Source: Desulfobacterales bacterium
GTDB lineage: Bacteria > Desulfobacterota > Desulfobacteria > Desulfobacterales > UBA5852
Direction: 5' to 3'
DNA length: 64,000 nt
Assembly: GCA_963674755.2 (NCBI GenBank)
Contig: CAXXVS010000003.1
Location: 352,001 to 416,000, forward strand
This document shows positions 53,208-62,136 of this stretch, piece after piece (position 1 is the stretch's first letter; the number at the start of each line of letters is the position of its first letter). The notes under the pieces were generated by a model. The model saw nothing but the letters and a program-made list of their open reading frames with translations. It was not told the DNA's origin and made no database searches. The translations under genes were made by a program, and so were the position numbers.

Positions 53208-53236
53208 AGGCTAACGTATTCTGAACACTTTGTCAA
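53208..53236 (-). promoter_or_regulatory. Putative sigma70 promoter of the dpp operon
   Basis: TTGACA-17 nt-TAGCCT on the minus strand. Confidence 0.55.
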
Positions 53237-53456
53237 AAAATATAACGTCGTTTAGCGGCTATAGCGACTACCAGCTTAAGGCCGCTCGGCATTGTCGTCC
53301 CATATTGACTGAACGGCGCCGGTCTTGAAAAGGGTTGACTTGGAAGATCGAAAGAGTTTATGAGATTCATGCTCTGAAGCAGATTTATCCTTCGTCAGAG
53401 GCAATGGTTGCCTAATCCGATATCCGAAGCTCCCCAGCGAGGCGAATTTTTCAACC

Positions 53457-54017
53457 GTGAATCCCTCACCTGCTAATCGATCTGCGAACCGGACGCCCTC
53501 ATCCCCGCCCCGTCCCCCCCAGCGCAGACGATCTTTTGCCCCTTATATCCTGACCTTTCTGGTTTCCATGCTGACCTGGGTGGTGCTTTCGGGAAAGTTT
53601 GATGCCTTTCATCTGACCCTGGGGGTTATCTCCTGCGGCATCGTGGCCTTCGCCTCCGGTGACCTTCTATTTTCCGCCCAAAACGTGAAACGCCTGCCGG
53701 GTGAATGGCTACGTTTCATCGTCTATGTGCCATGGCTGCTCTACGAGATTTTCCGCGCCAATATCCATGTCATGCGTCTGGTGTTTCATCCGCGCATGAT
53801 GGACGTGATCAATCCGCAGATGATTAAATTCAACAGCCGCCTGGAAAGCGAAATGGCGCGTTTCATCTATGCCAATTCCATTACGCTGACGCCCGGAACC
53901 ATCACTGTCTATGTGTCCCTTTACGGGGCCTATACCGTGCATGCCATCGACGATGCTTCGGCGCAAGGTCTGCCGGGCGAGATGGAGTCCCGGGTGGCGG
54001 CCATTTTCGGCGAGTGA
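53457..54017 (+). CDS. mnhE: Mrp/Mnh antiporter subunit E
   Basis: ANSITLTPGT, VHAID. Confidence 0.9.
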   Translation: MNPSPANRSANRTPSSPPRPPQRRRSFAPYILTFLVSMLTWVVLSGKFDAFHLTLGVISCGIVAFASGDLLFSAQNVKRLPGEWLRFIVYVPWLLYEIFRANIHVMRLVFHPRMMDVINPQMIKFNSRLESEMARFIYANSITLTPGTITVYVSLYGAYTVHAIDDASAQGLPGEMESRVAAIFGE

Positions 54018-54020
54018 ATC

Positions 54021-54308
54021 ATGCACGACGTCTTTCTATACGCGAGCGTGTTTTTATGCGGGGTAATGGTGCTTTCCCTGTACCGGGCGGTTTTCGGCCC
54101 CACCGTCCTGGATCGCCTGATCGGCGTGAATGCCATTGGCAGCAAAACGACCGTGCTCCTGATCCTGATCGGCCTGCTCTATGACCGTGTCGACATGTTC
54201 GTCGACATTGCCCTGGCCTACGCCACCCTGAACTTCATCGCGGTTTTGGCGGCTTCCCGTTATTTCCAGAAAAGGAAAGGTCTCTACGACGAGACGGGAA
54301 GCCGGTAG
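54021..54308 (+). CDS. mnhF: Mrp/Mnh antiporter subunit F
   Basis: RAVFGPTVLDR, DIALAYATLNF. Confidence 0.9.
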   Translation: MHDVFLYASVFLCGVMVLSLYRAVFGPTVLDRLIGVNAIGSKTTVLLILIGLLYDRVDMFVDIALAYATLNFIAVLAASRYFQKRKGLYDETGSR

Positions 54309-54371
54309 CTGGGCCACGGCCCGCATCACGCGCCGGATACCTCAACAGGCACGGCTCCGGATTCCGGGGAG

Positions 54372-54716
54372 ATGGACATGAGTGTCTTCAGTCTGATCGT
54401 CATCTTTTTACTGATCGCCGGGCTTTTCTTCTTTTTTGCCGGGGCGGTGGGCATTTTGCGCTTTCCCGATTTCTACTCCCGACTGCACCCCGCCGGCAAG
54501 CTGGACACCATGGGTCTGTTCGCCTCGATGATCGCCATGGCCCTGTGGGTTGCCCACGAAGGGACCATCGACGCAGTTCTGACCGCGCTGAAGATCCTTT
54601 TAATCGTGGCCTTCGTGTTTATCACCAGCCCTACGGCAACCCATGCCATCGTTGATGCCGGGGTACGGGCCGGGATGCTGCCCTGGACCAGAGACAACAG
54701 CGAGGACAAAGCATGA
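54372..54716 (+). CDS. mnhG: Mrp/Mnh antiporter subunit G
   Basis: GILRFPDFYSRLH, TSPTATHAI. Confidence 0.9.
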   Translation: MDMSVFSLIVIFLLIAGLFFFFAGAVGILRFPDFYSRLHPAGKLDTMGLFASMIAMALWVAHEGTIDAVLTALKILLIVAFVFITSPTATHAIVDAGVRAGMLPWTRDNSEDKA

Positions 54717-54958
54717 TTTGGCCGGTGGATCTCATTATCATGGTGCTCGTGATGATTTGCGGCATCGCGGCCATCAACGTGCGTGATCTGTTGGGGGCCG
54801 CGATTTTATTCGGGGCTTACAGCTTCATGATGTGCCTGTTGTGGGCCATTATGGGGGCGGTGGACGTGGCCTTTACGGAAGCCTCCGTGGGCGCCGGTGT
54901 GAGCACGGTTTTTTTTGTGGCGGCGGTGTTCCGTACCTCCAGGAGGACCAAGGATTGA
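54713..54958 (+). CDS. DUF4040 / MrpA C-terminal-like small subunit
   Basis: GAVDVAFTEASVGAG motif. Confidence 0.85.
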   Translation: MIWPVDLIIMVLVMICGIAAINVRDLLGAAILFGAYSFMMCLLWAIMGAVDVAFTEASVGAGVSTVFFVAAVFRTSRRTKD

Positions 54959-55785
54959 AAGCGTTTGCCCTGATAACGGTTCTCGTGCTTGGCGGGCTGC
55001 TGTTCTACGCGACGCCCGATTTCCCGTCCTGGGGCGATTCCGAATCCCCGGCCAGCCGGCATGTATCCCCCTACTACATCGAACACGCCATGGAAGACAC
55101 GGCCGTACCCAACGTCGTCACCGCGGTCCTGGCGGATTACCGCGGCTACGATACCATGTTCGAGACGTCGGTGATCTTTTCGGCCGGTATCGCCTGCCTT
55201 TTCCTGCTGCGGGTCTATCGGCGCAAATCGGACCAGACCCGGCTCTACCGTCATGTGCACACCGGCATCACCCTGCGGATCGCCAAGGGGGGTAAACTGC
55301 CCGAGAATACCGATGAGTTCGAACGCATCGACTCGCTTTGGGTGCCGTATGATTTGATCATCAAGGTCTGCAGCCGCCTGATCGTGCCTTTTGTTCAGCT
55401 GTTTGCCCTCTACGTGATCGCCCACGGCCACCACTCCCCCGGGGGTGGTTTCCAGGGAGGGGTCATCTTCGGGGCGGCCATCATTCTATATGCCATTTCC
55501 AACGACTTGCGCCGCGCGTTCCGGCGGCTGAACGAGAGGGCCGCCCTGCTGGCCAGTGCCGTGGGCGTTCTGATTTACGTCGGCACCGGCCTGCTGTGCC
55601 TGCTCCTGGGGGGTAAATTTCTCGATTACGGTAAGCTGGCGGATCTCCTCCACACCAATGCCATCATGGCCCGCTCCCACGGCATCCTCATCGTCGAAGT
55701 CGGCGTGGGGTTGGCCGTCATGGCCGTCATGGTATCGCTTTACTACAATCTGTCGTCCGCCGGCCGGCATGACGAAGGGCTGTAA
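54955..55785 (+). CDS. mnhB: Mrp/Mnh subunit B (MbhE-like + MnhB domains)
   Basis: TTG 54955 overlapping the previous stop; NVVTAVLADYRGYDTMFE; HGHHSPGGGFQGG. Confidence 0.88.
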   Translation: MKAFALITVLVLGGLLFYATPDFPSWGDSESPASRHVSPYYIEHAMEDTAVPNVVTAVLADYRGYDTMFETSVIFSAGIACLFLLRVYRRKSDQTRLYRHVHTGITLRIAKGGKLPENTDEFERIDSLWVPYDLIIKVCSRLIVPFVQLFALYVIAHGHHSPGGGFQGGVIFGAAIILYAISNDLRRAFRRLNERAALLASAVGVLIYVGTGLLCLLLGGKFLDYGKLADLLHTNAIMARSHGILIVEVGVGLAVMAVMVSLYYNLSSAGRHDEGL

Positions 55786-55787
55786 GC

Positions 55788-56186
55788 ATGGAAAGCCTGC
55801 TGACCAACTTTCTCGCCAAGTACAACTACTGGGTCTACATCGGCCTGGTGATGATCGGGATGTATGCCATGATTGCCAAACGCAATCTGGTCAAAAAGAT
55901 CGTCGGCATGAACATCGTTCAGACCGCGGTGATTCTTTTTTACGTCTCCATCGGTGCCAAGAAAGGCAAAATGCTGCCGATCATCGCCCATGGGCACGGG
56001 GAGTCCGGACACCAGGCCGTCCATGCCATCGATTATATCAATCCGCTGCCCCACGTGCTGATGCTGACCGCCATCGTCGTTTCGGTGGCCACCCTTGGGG
56101 TCGCCCTGGCGCTGACGATCAAGATCTATCGACGTTACGGCACGCTGGAGGAAGATGAAATCGCCCAACGGATAAATGAGCCATGA
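55788..56186 (+). CDS. mnhC: Mrp/Mnh antiporter subunit C
   Basis: NLVKKIVG, NPLPHVLMLTAIVV. Confidence 0.9.
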   Translation: MESLLTNFLAKYNYWVYIGLVMIGMYAMIAKRNLVKKIVGMNIVQTAVILFYVSIGAKKGKMLPIIAHGHGESGHQAVHAIDYINPLPHVLMLTAIVVSVATLGVALALTIKIYRRYGTLEEDEIAQRINEP

Positions 56187-57688
56187 GCGCGCATTACCCC
56201 GCACTTGTCGTTGTCATTCCTTTGGTGGCGGCCTTTCTGGTCCTGATCGGATCGCTGCTGAATAAACGCCTGGCCTTCCCACTGGCCGCCCTGGCGCTGC
56301 TCGGAGCGTTGCTGGCCTCCATCGGGCTGCTGATCCGTGTCATGCAGGTCGGTGTGGTGGAATATCATCTGGCCGGCTGGGCGCCCCCGATCGGTATCGC
56401 CTATCGGGTGGATCATCTGAATGCCCTCGTTCTGGTGGCCGTCGCGAGCGTGGCCTTTATCAATCTCCTGGGTACACGACCGCTGGTGGCGGACCTCTTC
56501 GAAGATCGTTTGGGCCCCTTCTACACCCTCTATGTCCTTCTGGTGACCGGCCTGCTGGGCATCGTGGTCACCGGTGATGCGTTCAACCTTTACGTGCTGC
56601 TGGAAATCGCCGCGTTGACAGGCTACGCCCTGGTGGGCATGGGGGAGGGGCGCGCCCCGCTGGCCAGCCTGAATTACATCTTCATGGGCACGGTGGGCGC
56701 CAGTTTTTATCTCCTGGGGATAGGCTATCTCTACCTCGTCACGGGTACCCTGAACATGGCGGATCTGGCCGCACGTCTGCCGGCCCTCTATCCATCCCGC
56801 GTGGTGGTGTCGGCATTTGTGATTTGCCTGGCAGGGCTTTGCCTGAAGATGGGTTTTTTTCCCCTGCATGCCTGGCTGCCCAACGCCTATTCCCATGCCC
56901 CGGACCCGGTGAGCAGCCTGGTGGCCCCCTTGATGACCAAGGTGATGGTCTATGTCATGGTCCGGATCATGCTGTTTGTCTTCACGCCGGCCTTTGCTTT
57001 CGACCTGATGACCATCAGCGCTCCCATGGTGTGGCTGGCTGTCATCGCCATTGTGGCCGGATCGTTCCTGGCCCTGTCCACAAGACGCATCAAGCGCATG
57101 CTGACCTACATCATCGTGGCCGAAGTGGGCTACATGGTGGGAGGCTTCTGGCTGGGCAACCGCCTGGGGATATCCGGTGCGATCCTGCACATCATCAACG
57201 ATGCCGTCATGACCTTGTGTGTTTTTCTGACGGCCGCGGCCATCATCGCGCGGACCGGCAGCGACCGTATCGACGACATGCAGGGCCTGTTTAAAAAAAT
57301 GCCGGTCACCATGGCGGTTTTCGTGATCGCGGGCTTATCGATTATCGGCGTTCCACCGACGTGCGGCTTTTTCAGCAAGTGGTACCTGATCTCGGGCGCG
57401 CTGGCCGCCGGTCAGTACGGTTTCGTGGGCGCTTTGCTGCTGAGCAGCCTGATCAATCTCGTGTTGTTTTTCCGCATTTTCGAAATCGCCTATTTCGAAC
57501 CCTTCGAGGCGCAGCACGGCGAACATTCCCCGGGGCCCGGCAGGGTGCTCTCCGAGGTGCAGGAGGCCCCTCTCGAGACACTGGCGCCGCTGGTGGTGAC
57601 CGCCGGGCTTCTCTTTGCGCTGGGGATCTATGCCGGCGATATCGTCAGTCTGATCATCGATCAGGCCATACCGGTGGGGATCCTCTAG
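56183..57688 (+). CDS. mnhD: Mrp/Mnh subunit D (antiporter-like)
   Basis: GWAPPIGI, TGDAFNLYVLLE, KMGFFPLHAWLPNAY, GVPP..GFFSK. Confidence 0.9.
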   Translation: MSAHYPALVVVIPLVAAFLVLIGSLLNKRLAFPLAALALLGALLASIGLLIRVMQVGVVEYHLAGWAPPIGIAYRVDHLNALVLVAVASVAFINLLGTRPLVADLFEDRLGPFYTLYVLLVTGLLGIVVTGDAFNLYVLLEIAALTGYALVGMGEGRAPLASLNYIFMGTVGASFYLLGIGYLYLVTGTLNMADLAARLPALYPSRVVVSAFVICLAGLCLKMGFFPLHAWLPNAYSHAPDPVSSLVAPLMTKVMVYVMVRIMLFVFTPAFAFDLMTISAPMVWLAVIAIVAGSFLALSTRRIKRMLTYIIVAEVGYMVGGFWLGNRLGISGAILHIINDAVMTLCVFLTAAAIIARTGSDRIDDMQGLFKKMPVTMAVFVIAGLSIIGVPPTCGFFSKWYLISGALAAGQYGFVGALLLSSLINLVLFFRIFEIAYFEPFEAQHGEHSPGPGRVLSEVQEAPLETLAPLVVTAGLLFALGIYAGDIVSLIIDQAIPVGIL

Positions 57689-57692
57689 CCCT

Positions 57693-59171
57693 ATGGATAC
57701 CTTGATTTCGATAAAGCCGCTGCTCGCCATCCTCGTCTCGCTGCTTGCGGTACCGCTGATCGCCACTAGCCGGTCCCCCAATGTGCGTGAAGGCTGGACA
57801 TTTCTGGCCGCCATCGTGAAGTTCGCCATCGTGGCATCCATGCTGCCGGCCGTCATGAGCGGCATGGAGATCTCCTACAAACTGGTGGAAGTGCTCCCGG
57901 GGCTTAGCATCGCCTTCCGGGTGGATGCCTTCGGAATGCTGTTCGCCCTGGTGGCCTCCTTTTTATGGATCATCACCTCGGCCTATTCCATCGGCTATAT
58001 GCGCGGTTTGGACGAGCATGCCCAGACCCGTTATTTCAGCTTTTTTGCGGTATCGCTGAGTGCGGCCGTGGGCGTGGCCTTTTCGGCCAATCTGCTGACC
58101 ATGTATCTGTTCTATGAAATGCTGTCCCTGGCCACCTATCCCCTGGTGACCCATCACCAGGACAAGGAGGCCCGGACATCGGGCCGCAAATACCTGCTCT
58201 ATACGGTGGGGGCTTCCATCGGTCTGGTGCTGCCGGCCATGCTGTTGACCTACCAGCTGACCGGAAGTCTGGATTTCAGCCCCCAGGGGGTTTTAGCGGG
58301 CAACGCTTCCCGCGGAACCGTGGCGCTTTTGTTGTTCATGTTCGTCTTCGGCTTTGCGAAGGCCGCCATCATGCCCTTTCATTCTTGGCTGCCGGCGGCC
58401 ATGGTAGCTCCCACGCCGGTCAGCGCGCTGCTGCATGCCGTGGCGGTGGTCAAGGTCGGGGTCTTCAGCATCGTGCGGGTCGTCACGGGCATCTTCGGCA
58501 CTGAGCTGCTTCATAACTTTGGTTTGAGTACGCCGTTGCTGTTCGTAGCCGCCACCACGATCCTGGTAGGCTCCTTCATCGCCCTGTCCCAGGATAATCT
58601 CAAGCGGATGCTGGCCTTTTCAACAATTGCCCAGCTTTCCTACATCGTGTTGGGCACGGCCCTGCTGACACCGAAGGGGGTGACCGGCGGCATGGTGCAT
58701 ATTGCCATGCATGCCTTCGGCAAGATCACGCTCTTTTTCTGTGCCGGCGCTATTTTCGTGGCGACCGGAAAAAAGAATATCAGCGAAATGACGGGCATCG
58801 GACGACGGATGCCGTTCACCATGCTGGCCTTTTTTTTCGGCGCGCTGAGCATCATCGGGATGCCGCCCTGCGGGGGCTTCCTCAGCAAATGGTATTTGGT
58901 CCTGGGCGCTCTGCAGGCCGATAAAATCGCGATTGTGGTGGTGCTGCTGTTCAGTTCCCTGCTGAATGCAGCCTACTTCATGCCGGTGGTCTACCGGGCC
59001 TTTTTCTGCCCGCCGGAAGAAGCCCTTTTTGAGGCCAGGATTCAGGAGGCGCCCTTTTTTTGTGTGGCCCCCCTCGTCATCACCGCCGTGATATCGATCG
59101 GGCTGCTGATCTATCCCCAGCCCTTTATGCAGCTGGCCACGATGGCGGCGGCCAAGTTTACAGGATTTTAA
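57693..59171 (+). CDS. Second MrpD-family antiporter-like subunit
   Basis: YLFYE, KAAIMPFHSWLPAAMVAPTPVSALLHAVAVVK, LKRMLAFST, HAFGK. Confidence 0.88.
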   Translation: MDTLISIKPLLAILVSLLAVPLIATSRSPNVREGWTFLAAIVKFAIVASMLPAVMSGMEISYKLVEVLPGLSIAFRVDAFGMLFALVASFLWIITSAYSIGYMRGLDEHAQTRYFSFFAVSLSAAVGVAFSANLLTMYLFYEMLSLATYPLVTHHQDKEARTSGRKYLLYTVGASIGLVLPAMLLTYQLTGSLDFSPQGVLAGNASRGTVALLLFMFVFGFAKAAIMPFHSWLPAAMVAPTPVSALLHAVAVVKVGVFSIVRVVTGIFGTELLHNFGLSTPLLFVAATTILVGSFIALSQDNLKRMLAFSTIAQLSYIVLGTALLTPKGVTGGMVHIAMHAFGKITLFFCAGAIFVATGKKNISEMTGIGRRMPFTMLAFFFGALSIIGMPPCGGFLSKWYLVLGALQADKIAIVVVLLFSSLLNAAYFMPVVYRAFFCPPEEALFEARIQEAPFFCVAPLVITAVISIGLLIYPQPFMQLATMAAAKFTGF

Positions 59172-59174
59172 GCC

Positions 59175-59303
59175 ATGCCCGAAGAGCATGAAGAATTGAT
59201 GGAACTCACGCACGACTCCGTACCGGGTTATCGCCCGATTTTTTTCGTGGCGATAACGGTGGGGCTCGTTTATCTGGGTGTCATTCTCTTCAACACCTTG
59301 TAA
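59175..59303 (+). CDS. Small single-TM protein (42 aa, not in ORF track)
   Basis: MPEEHEELMELTHDSVPGYRPIFFVAITVGLVYLGVILFNTL*; ATG 3 nt after the upstream stop; C-terminal hydrophobic helix. Confidence 0.7.
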   Translation: MPEEHEELMELTHDSVPGYRPIFFVAITVGLVYLGVILFNTL

Positions 59304-59351
59304 GGGCGGCGTCAATGCCTCGCGCCGCAAACGGTTTGGGAGAACCGCAAC

Positions 59352-59612
59352 ATGACGTCGAAACCGACGGAAGAGAAAACCTACCTGTTCGATAAGCCGA
59401 AAAACGTCAAACGGGTTTTCATTTTTTTCTATTCAGCGCTGGTGGTGCTGTTGATCGCCGAGTTCTTTGTCCACAAGCATCCCCATTTCCCGTGGGAGGC
59501 ATGGTGGGGCTTTTATGCGGTCTATGGCTTTGTGGCCTGCGTCCTGCTGGTGCTGGCCGCCAAATACATCTTGCGGCCGCTGGTCAAGCGGCCGGAGGAC
59601 TACTATGATTAG
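59352..59612 (+). CDS. Small two-TM protein in the Mrp operon
   Basis: 86 aa; GGGAG RBS; two hydrophobic helices; overlaps the next start. Confidence 0.8.
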   Translation: MTSKPTEEKTYLFDKPKNVKRVFIFFYSALVVLLIAEFFVHKHPHFPWEAWWGFYAVYGFVACVLLVLAAKYILRPLVKRPEDYYD

Positions 59613-61386
59613 TCCCATCCCGCCGGCGTTCGTGTTCATCATCGGCGCCCTGGTCATCTCATTTTTAAGGGGCAATCTGCGGCGCGGCGTGATGCTGCTC
59701 CTGCCGGTTCTGGCCTTTATCGACCTGCTTCAACTGCCGGCCGGAAACAGCTGGGTGGTTTCGTTTCTGGGCCAGGAACTGGTGTTGTCCCGGATCGATC
59801 GGCTTTCGCTCATCTTCGGTTATATTTTTATTCTGATCGGCCTGATCACCACCATCTATGCACTGCATGTGGAAGATACCCTGCAAAACATGGCCGGTCT
59901 GATGTATACCGGCAGTGCTCTGGGCGTGGTCTTTGCCGGGGACCTCTTCACCTTTTTTATCTTCTGGGAATTGTTGACGGTTTTCTGCGTTCAACTCATA
60001 TGGGGGCGCCGCACCAAGAAGGCCGAGGGCGCCGGCTTTCGTTATCTTCTGTTCCATGTCGTGGGGGGATTGGTTCTGCTGGCGGGCATCGTGCTCCGGG
60101 TCAACCATACCGGCTCGCTCGCATTCAGCTTGATCGGCTTGGACGGGGGCCCGGGCTCTCTGCTGATTTTCCTGGGGATGGGGATCAACTGCGCCTGGCC
60201 GTTTTTGCATACCTGGCTGTCCGATTCCTATCCCGAGGCCACCATTACGGGGACCATTTTTCTGAGCGCCTTCACCACCAAGGCCGCCGTATACGCTTTG
60301 GCGCGGGCCTTTCCCGGTGCGACGCCGCTGATCTGGCTCGGTGCTATCATGGCCGGCTTCCCCATTTTCTTTGCGGTCATCGAAAACGACCTGCGGCGCG
60401 TGTTGGCTTACAGCCTGATCAATCAGGTGGGCTTCATGGTCTGCGGCATCGGCATCGGCACCCAGTTGGCGATCAATGGGGCCGTGGCCCACGCCTTCAA
60501 CGATATCCTGTTCAAGGGGCTTTTATTCATGACGATGGGGGCGGTCATGTACCGCACCGGCAAGATCAACGCCACGGATTTGGGGGGGCTCTACCGCACC
60601 ATGCCACTGACCTGTCTTTTCTGCATTGTCGGTGCGGCTTCGATTTCCGCCTTTCCTCTGTTTAGCGGGTTCGTCAGCAAATCCATGGTGATGGATGCCG
60701 CCGGAAGCGAGCATCTGCGGCTGATCTGGTTCATTCTGCTGTTTGCCTCGGCGGGTGTGTTTCACCATGCCGGAATCAAGATTCCCTACTTCGCCTTTTT
60801 TTCCCATGATTCCGGCCTGCGGCCCAAAGAGGCCCCTCTGCACATGCTCATTGCCATGGGGTTGGCCGCTTTTTTGTGCATTTTCAACGGCTCGTTTCCG
60901 CATTTCCTTTACAGCCTTCTGCCGTACCAGCCGGTGGGCTATGAACCGTACAACTTTCCCCACGTGCTGGCTCAGACCCAGATTTTGTTTTTTTCCGCCC
61001 TGGCGTTCGCGCTTCTTTTGCTTTCGGGCATTTACCCGGCTGAAATCCGTTGTATCAACCTGGATGCGGACTGGTTTTACCGCAAGGGGGGGCGTCTTTT
61101 TTACCGGTTGGCGGATGTCTGTTTCAACACCCTCAACCGGGTGTGCGACCAATGGCTGGCCAAGGGACTGACCGGTGGGATCAATCAATTCTGCCGCCAC
61201 GCGCCGGCGCGCATCAGTGCCTGGCTGTTATTGCCCTTTTATCGCTTGGTGGCCCCTGGCGGCGCCGACGCCTCCCGGCGTTTTGGCAAGGCGATTCAGG
61301 ACGCGTTCGACAACGGTGTCATCCCGATCGGCTTGAGCGCCGCGATATCCGGGCTGTTTCTGCTAGTGCTCTTTTATCTTAAATGA
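59605..61386 (+). CDS. Third MrpD/MrpA-family antiporter-like subunit
   Basis: ATG 59605 (MISPIPP); FIFWE, HTWLSDSYPEA, SAFTTK, RRVLAYS, HAFNDILFKGLLF. Confidence 0.88.
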   Translation: MISPIPPAFVFIIGALVISFLRGNLRRGVMLLLPVLAFIDLLQLPAGNSWVVSFLGQELVLSRIDRLSLIFGYIFILIGLITTIYALHVEDTLQNMAGLMYTGSALGVVFAGDLFTFFIFWELLTVFCVQLIWGRRTKKAEGAGFRYLLFHVVGGLVLLAGIVLRVNHTGSLAFSLIGLDGGPGSLLIFLGMGINCAWPFLHTWLSDSYPEATITGTIFLSAFTTKAAVYALARAFPGATPLIWLGAIMAGFPIFFAVIENDLRRVLAYSLINQVGFMVCGIGIGTQLAINGAVAHAFNDILFKGLLFMTMGAVMYRTGKINATDLGGLYRTMPLTCLFCIVGAASISAFPLFSGFVSKSMVMDAAGSEHLRLIWFILLFASAGVFHHAGIKIPYFAFFSHDSGLRPKEAPLHMLIAMGLAAFLCIFNGSFPHFLYSLLPYQPVGYEPYNFPHVLAQTQILFFSALAFALLLLSGIYPAEIRCINLDADWFYRKGGRLFYRLADVCFNTLNRVCDQWLAKGLTGGINQFCRHAPARISAWLLLPFYRLVAPGGADASRRFGKAIQDAFDNGVIPIGLSAAISGLFLLVLFYLK

Positions 61387-61438
61387 GGATTTTGTCATAC
61401 GCCGCCAGACGCCTGCGGCTGCCCAGAGGTGAACATCT

Positions 61439-61918
61439 ATGCTTTCCTACGATGACGTGCGAGATATCATCATCCTGAGCCATTTGTCCGACGCGATGTT
61501 GGATACCATTATTCCGAGTCTCGATATCCTCCAATATGAAGAGGACGACATCATATTCCAGGAGGGAGATCCGGCGGACCGGCTCTTTTTTTTGAAGCGG
61601 GGCAAGGTTCTGCTCGAAAAACGCATATCCGACAAGATTTCTTTTTCCATCGGTGCGGTCAAACCTGGTTTTTCCTTTGGGTGGTCGTCGGTATTAGGGG
61701 AGGGGACGGGTTATACCACCCTGACCCTTTGTGCGGAACCTTGCCAAGTCTACTCGATTCGATCCGATAAAATTCGCCATCTTTTGGAGAAGGATCATGA
61801 GATGGCCACCATATTTTATCTGCGCCTCCTGTGGGTGGTCAAAAACCGTCTCGATCACCGCACCAGTCAGTTTGTGACGGTATTGCGAAACCATCCGGAC
61901 ATCGAAAGCCTGATTTAG
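61439..61918 (+). CDS. Stand-alone cyclic nucleotide-binding (Crp/CAP_ED) domain protein
   Basis: IIFQEGDPADRLFFLKRGKV, PGFSFGWS; 159 aa with no HTH. Confidence 0.85.
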   Translation: MLSYDDVRDIIILSHLSDAMLDTIIPSLDILQYEEDDIIFQEGDPADRLFFLKRGKVLLEKRISDKISFSIGAVKPGFSFGWSSVLGEGTGYTTLTLCAEPCQVYSIRSDKIRHLLEKDHEMATIFYLRLLWVVKNRLDHRTSQFVTVLRNHPDIESLI

Positions 61919-62136
61919 TTCGCTATAGGCCCATCCCACCCGATAATGACAGCCCGTTTTCGTGACGGTTCTGTGCGACCATGGGGCCATCGACGGCCGA
62001 CATCGGCCGGCCTGCCAGCAGCACCCCGTCATGACCTGCCGATCCCCTTGCGAAAACGCCATATCCCAGTTGACTTTTAACAAAGGCTACCATAAGAGAC
62101 GGATGTTCCCAGTTCGGGAAAGGGGGGAGCTAACCA

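Noticed and set aside
51563..53224. 553-aa ORF antisense to dppA
   Set aside because: Shadow ORF on the reverse frame of a GC3-rich gene; no recognisable motifs.
53398..53440. Fluoride riboswitch (GGCAATGG start)
   Set aside because: Lacks the GTTC-RCC stem and the downstream GCTRATGAC pseudoknot segment.
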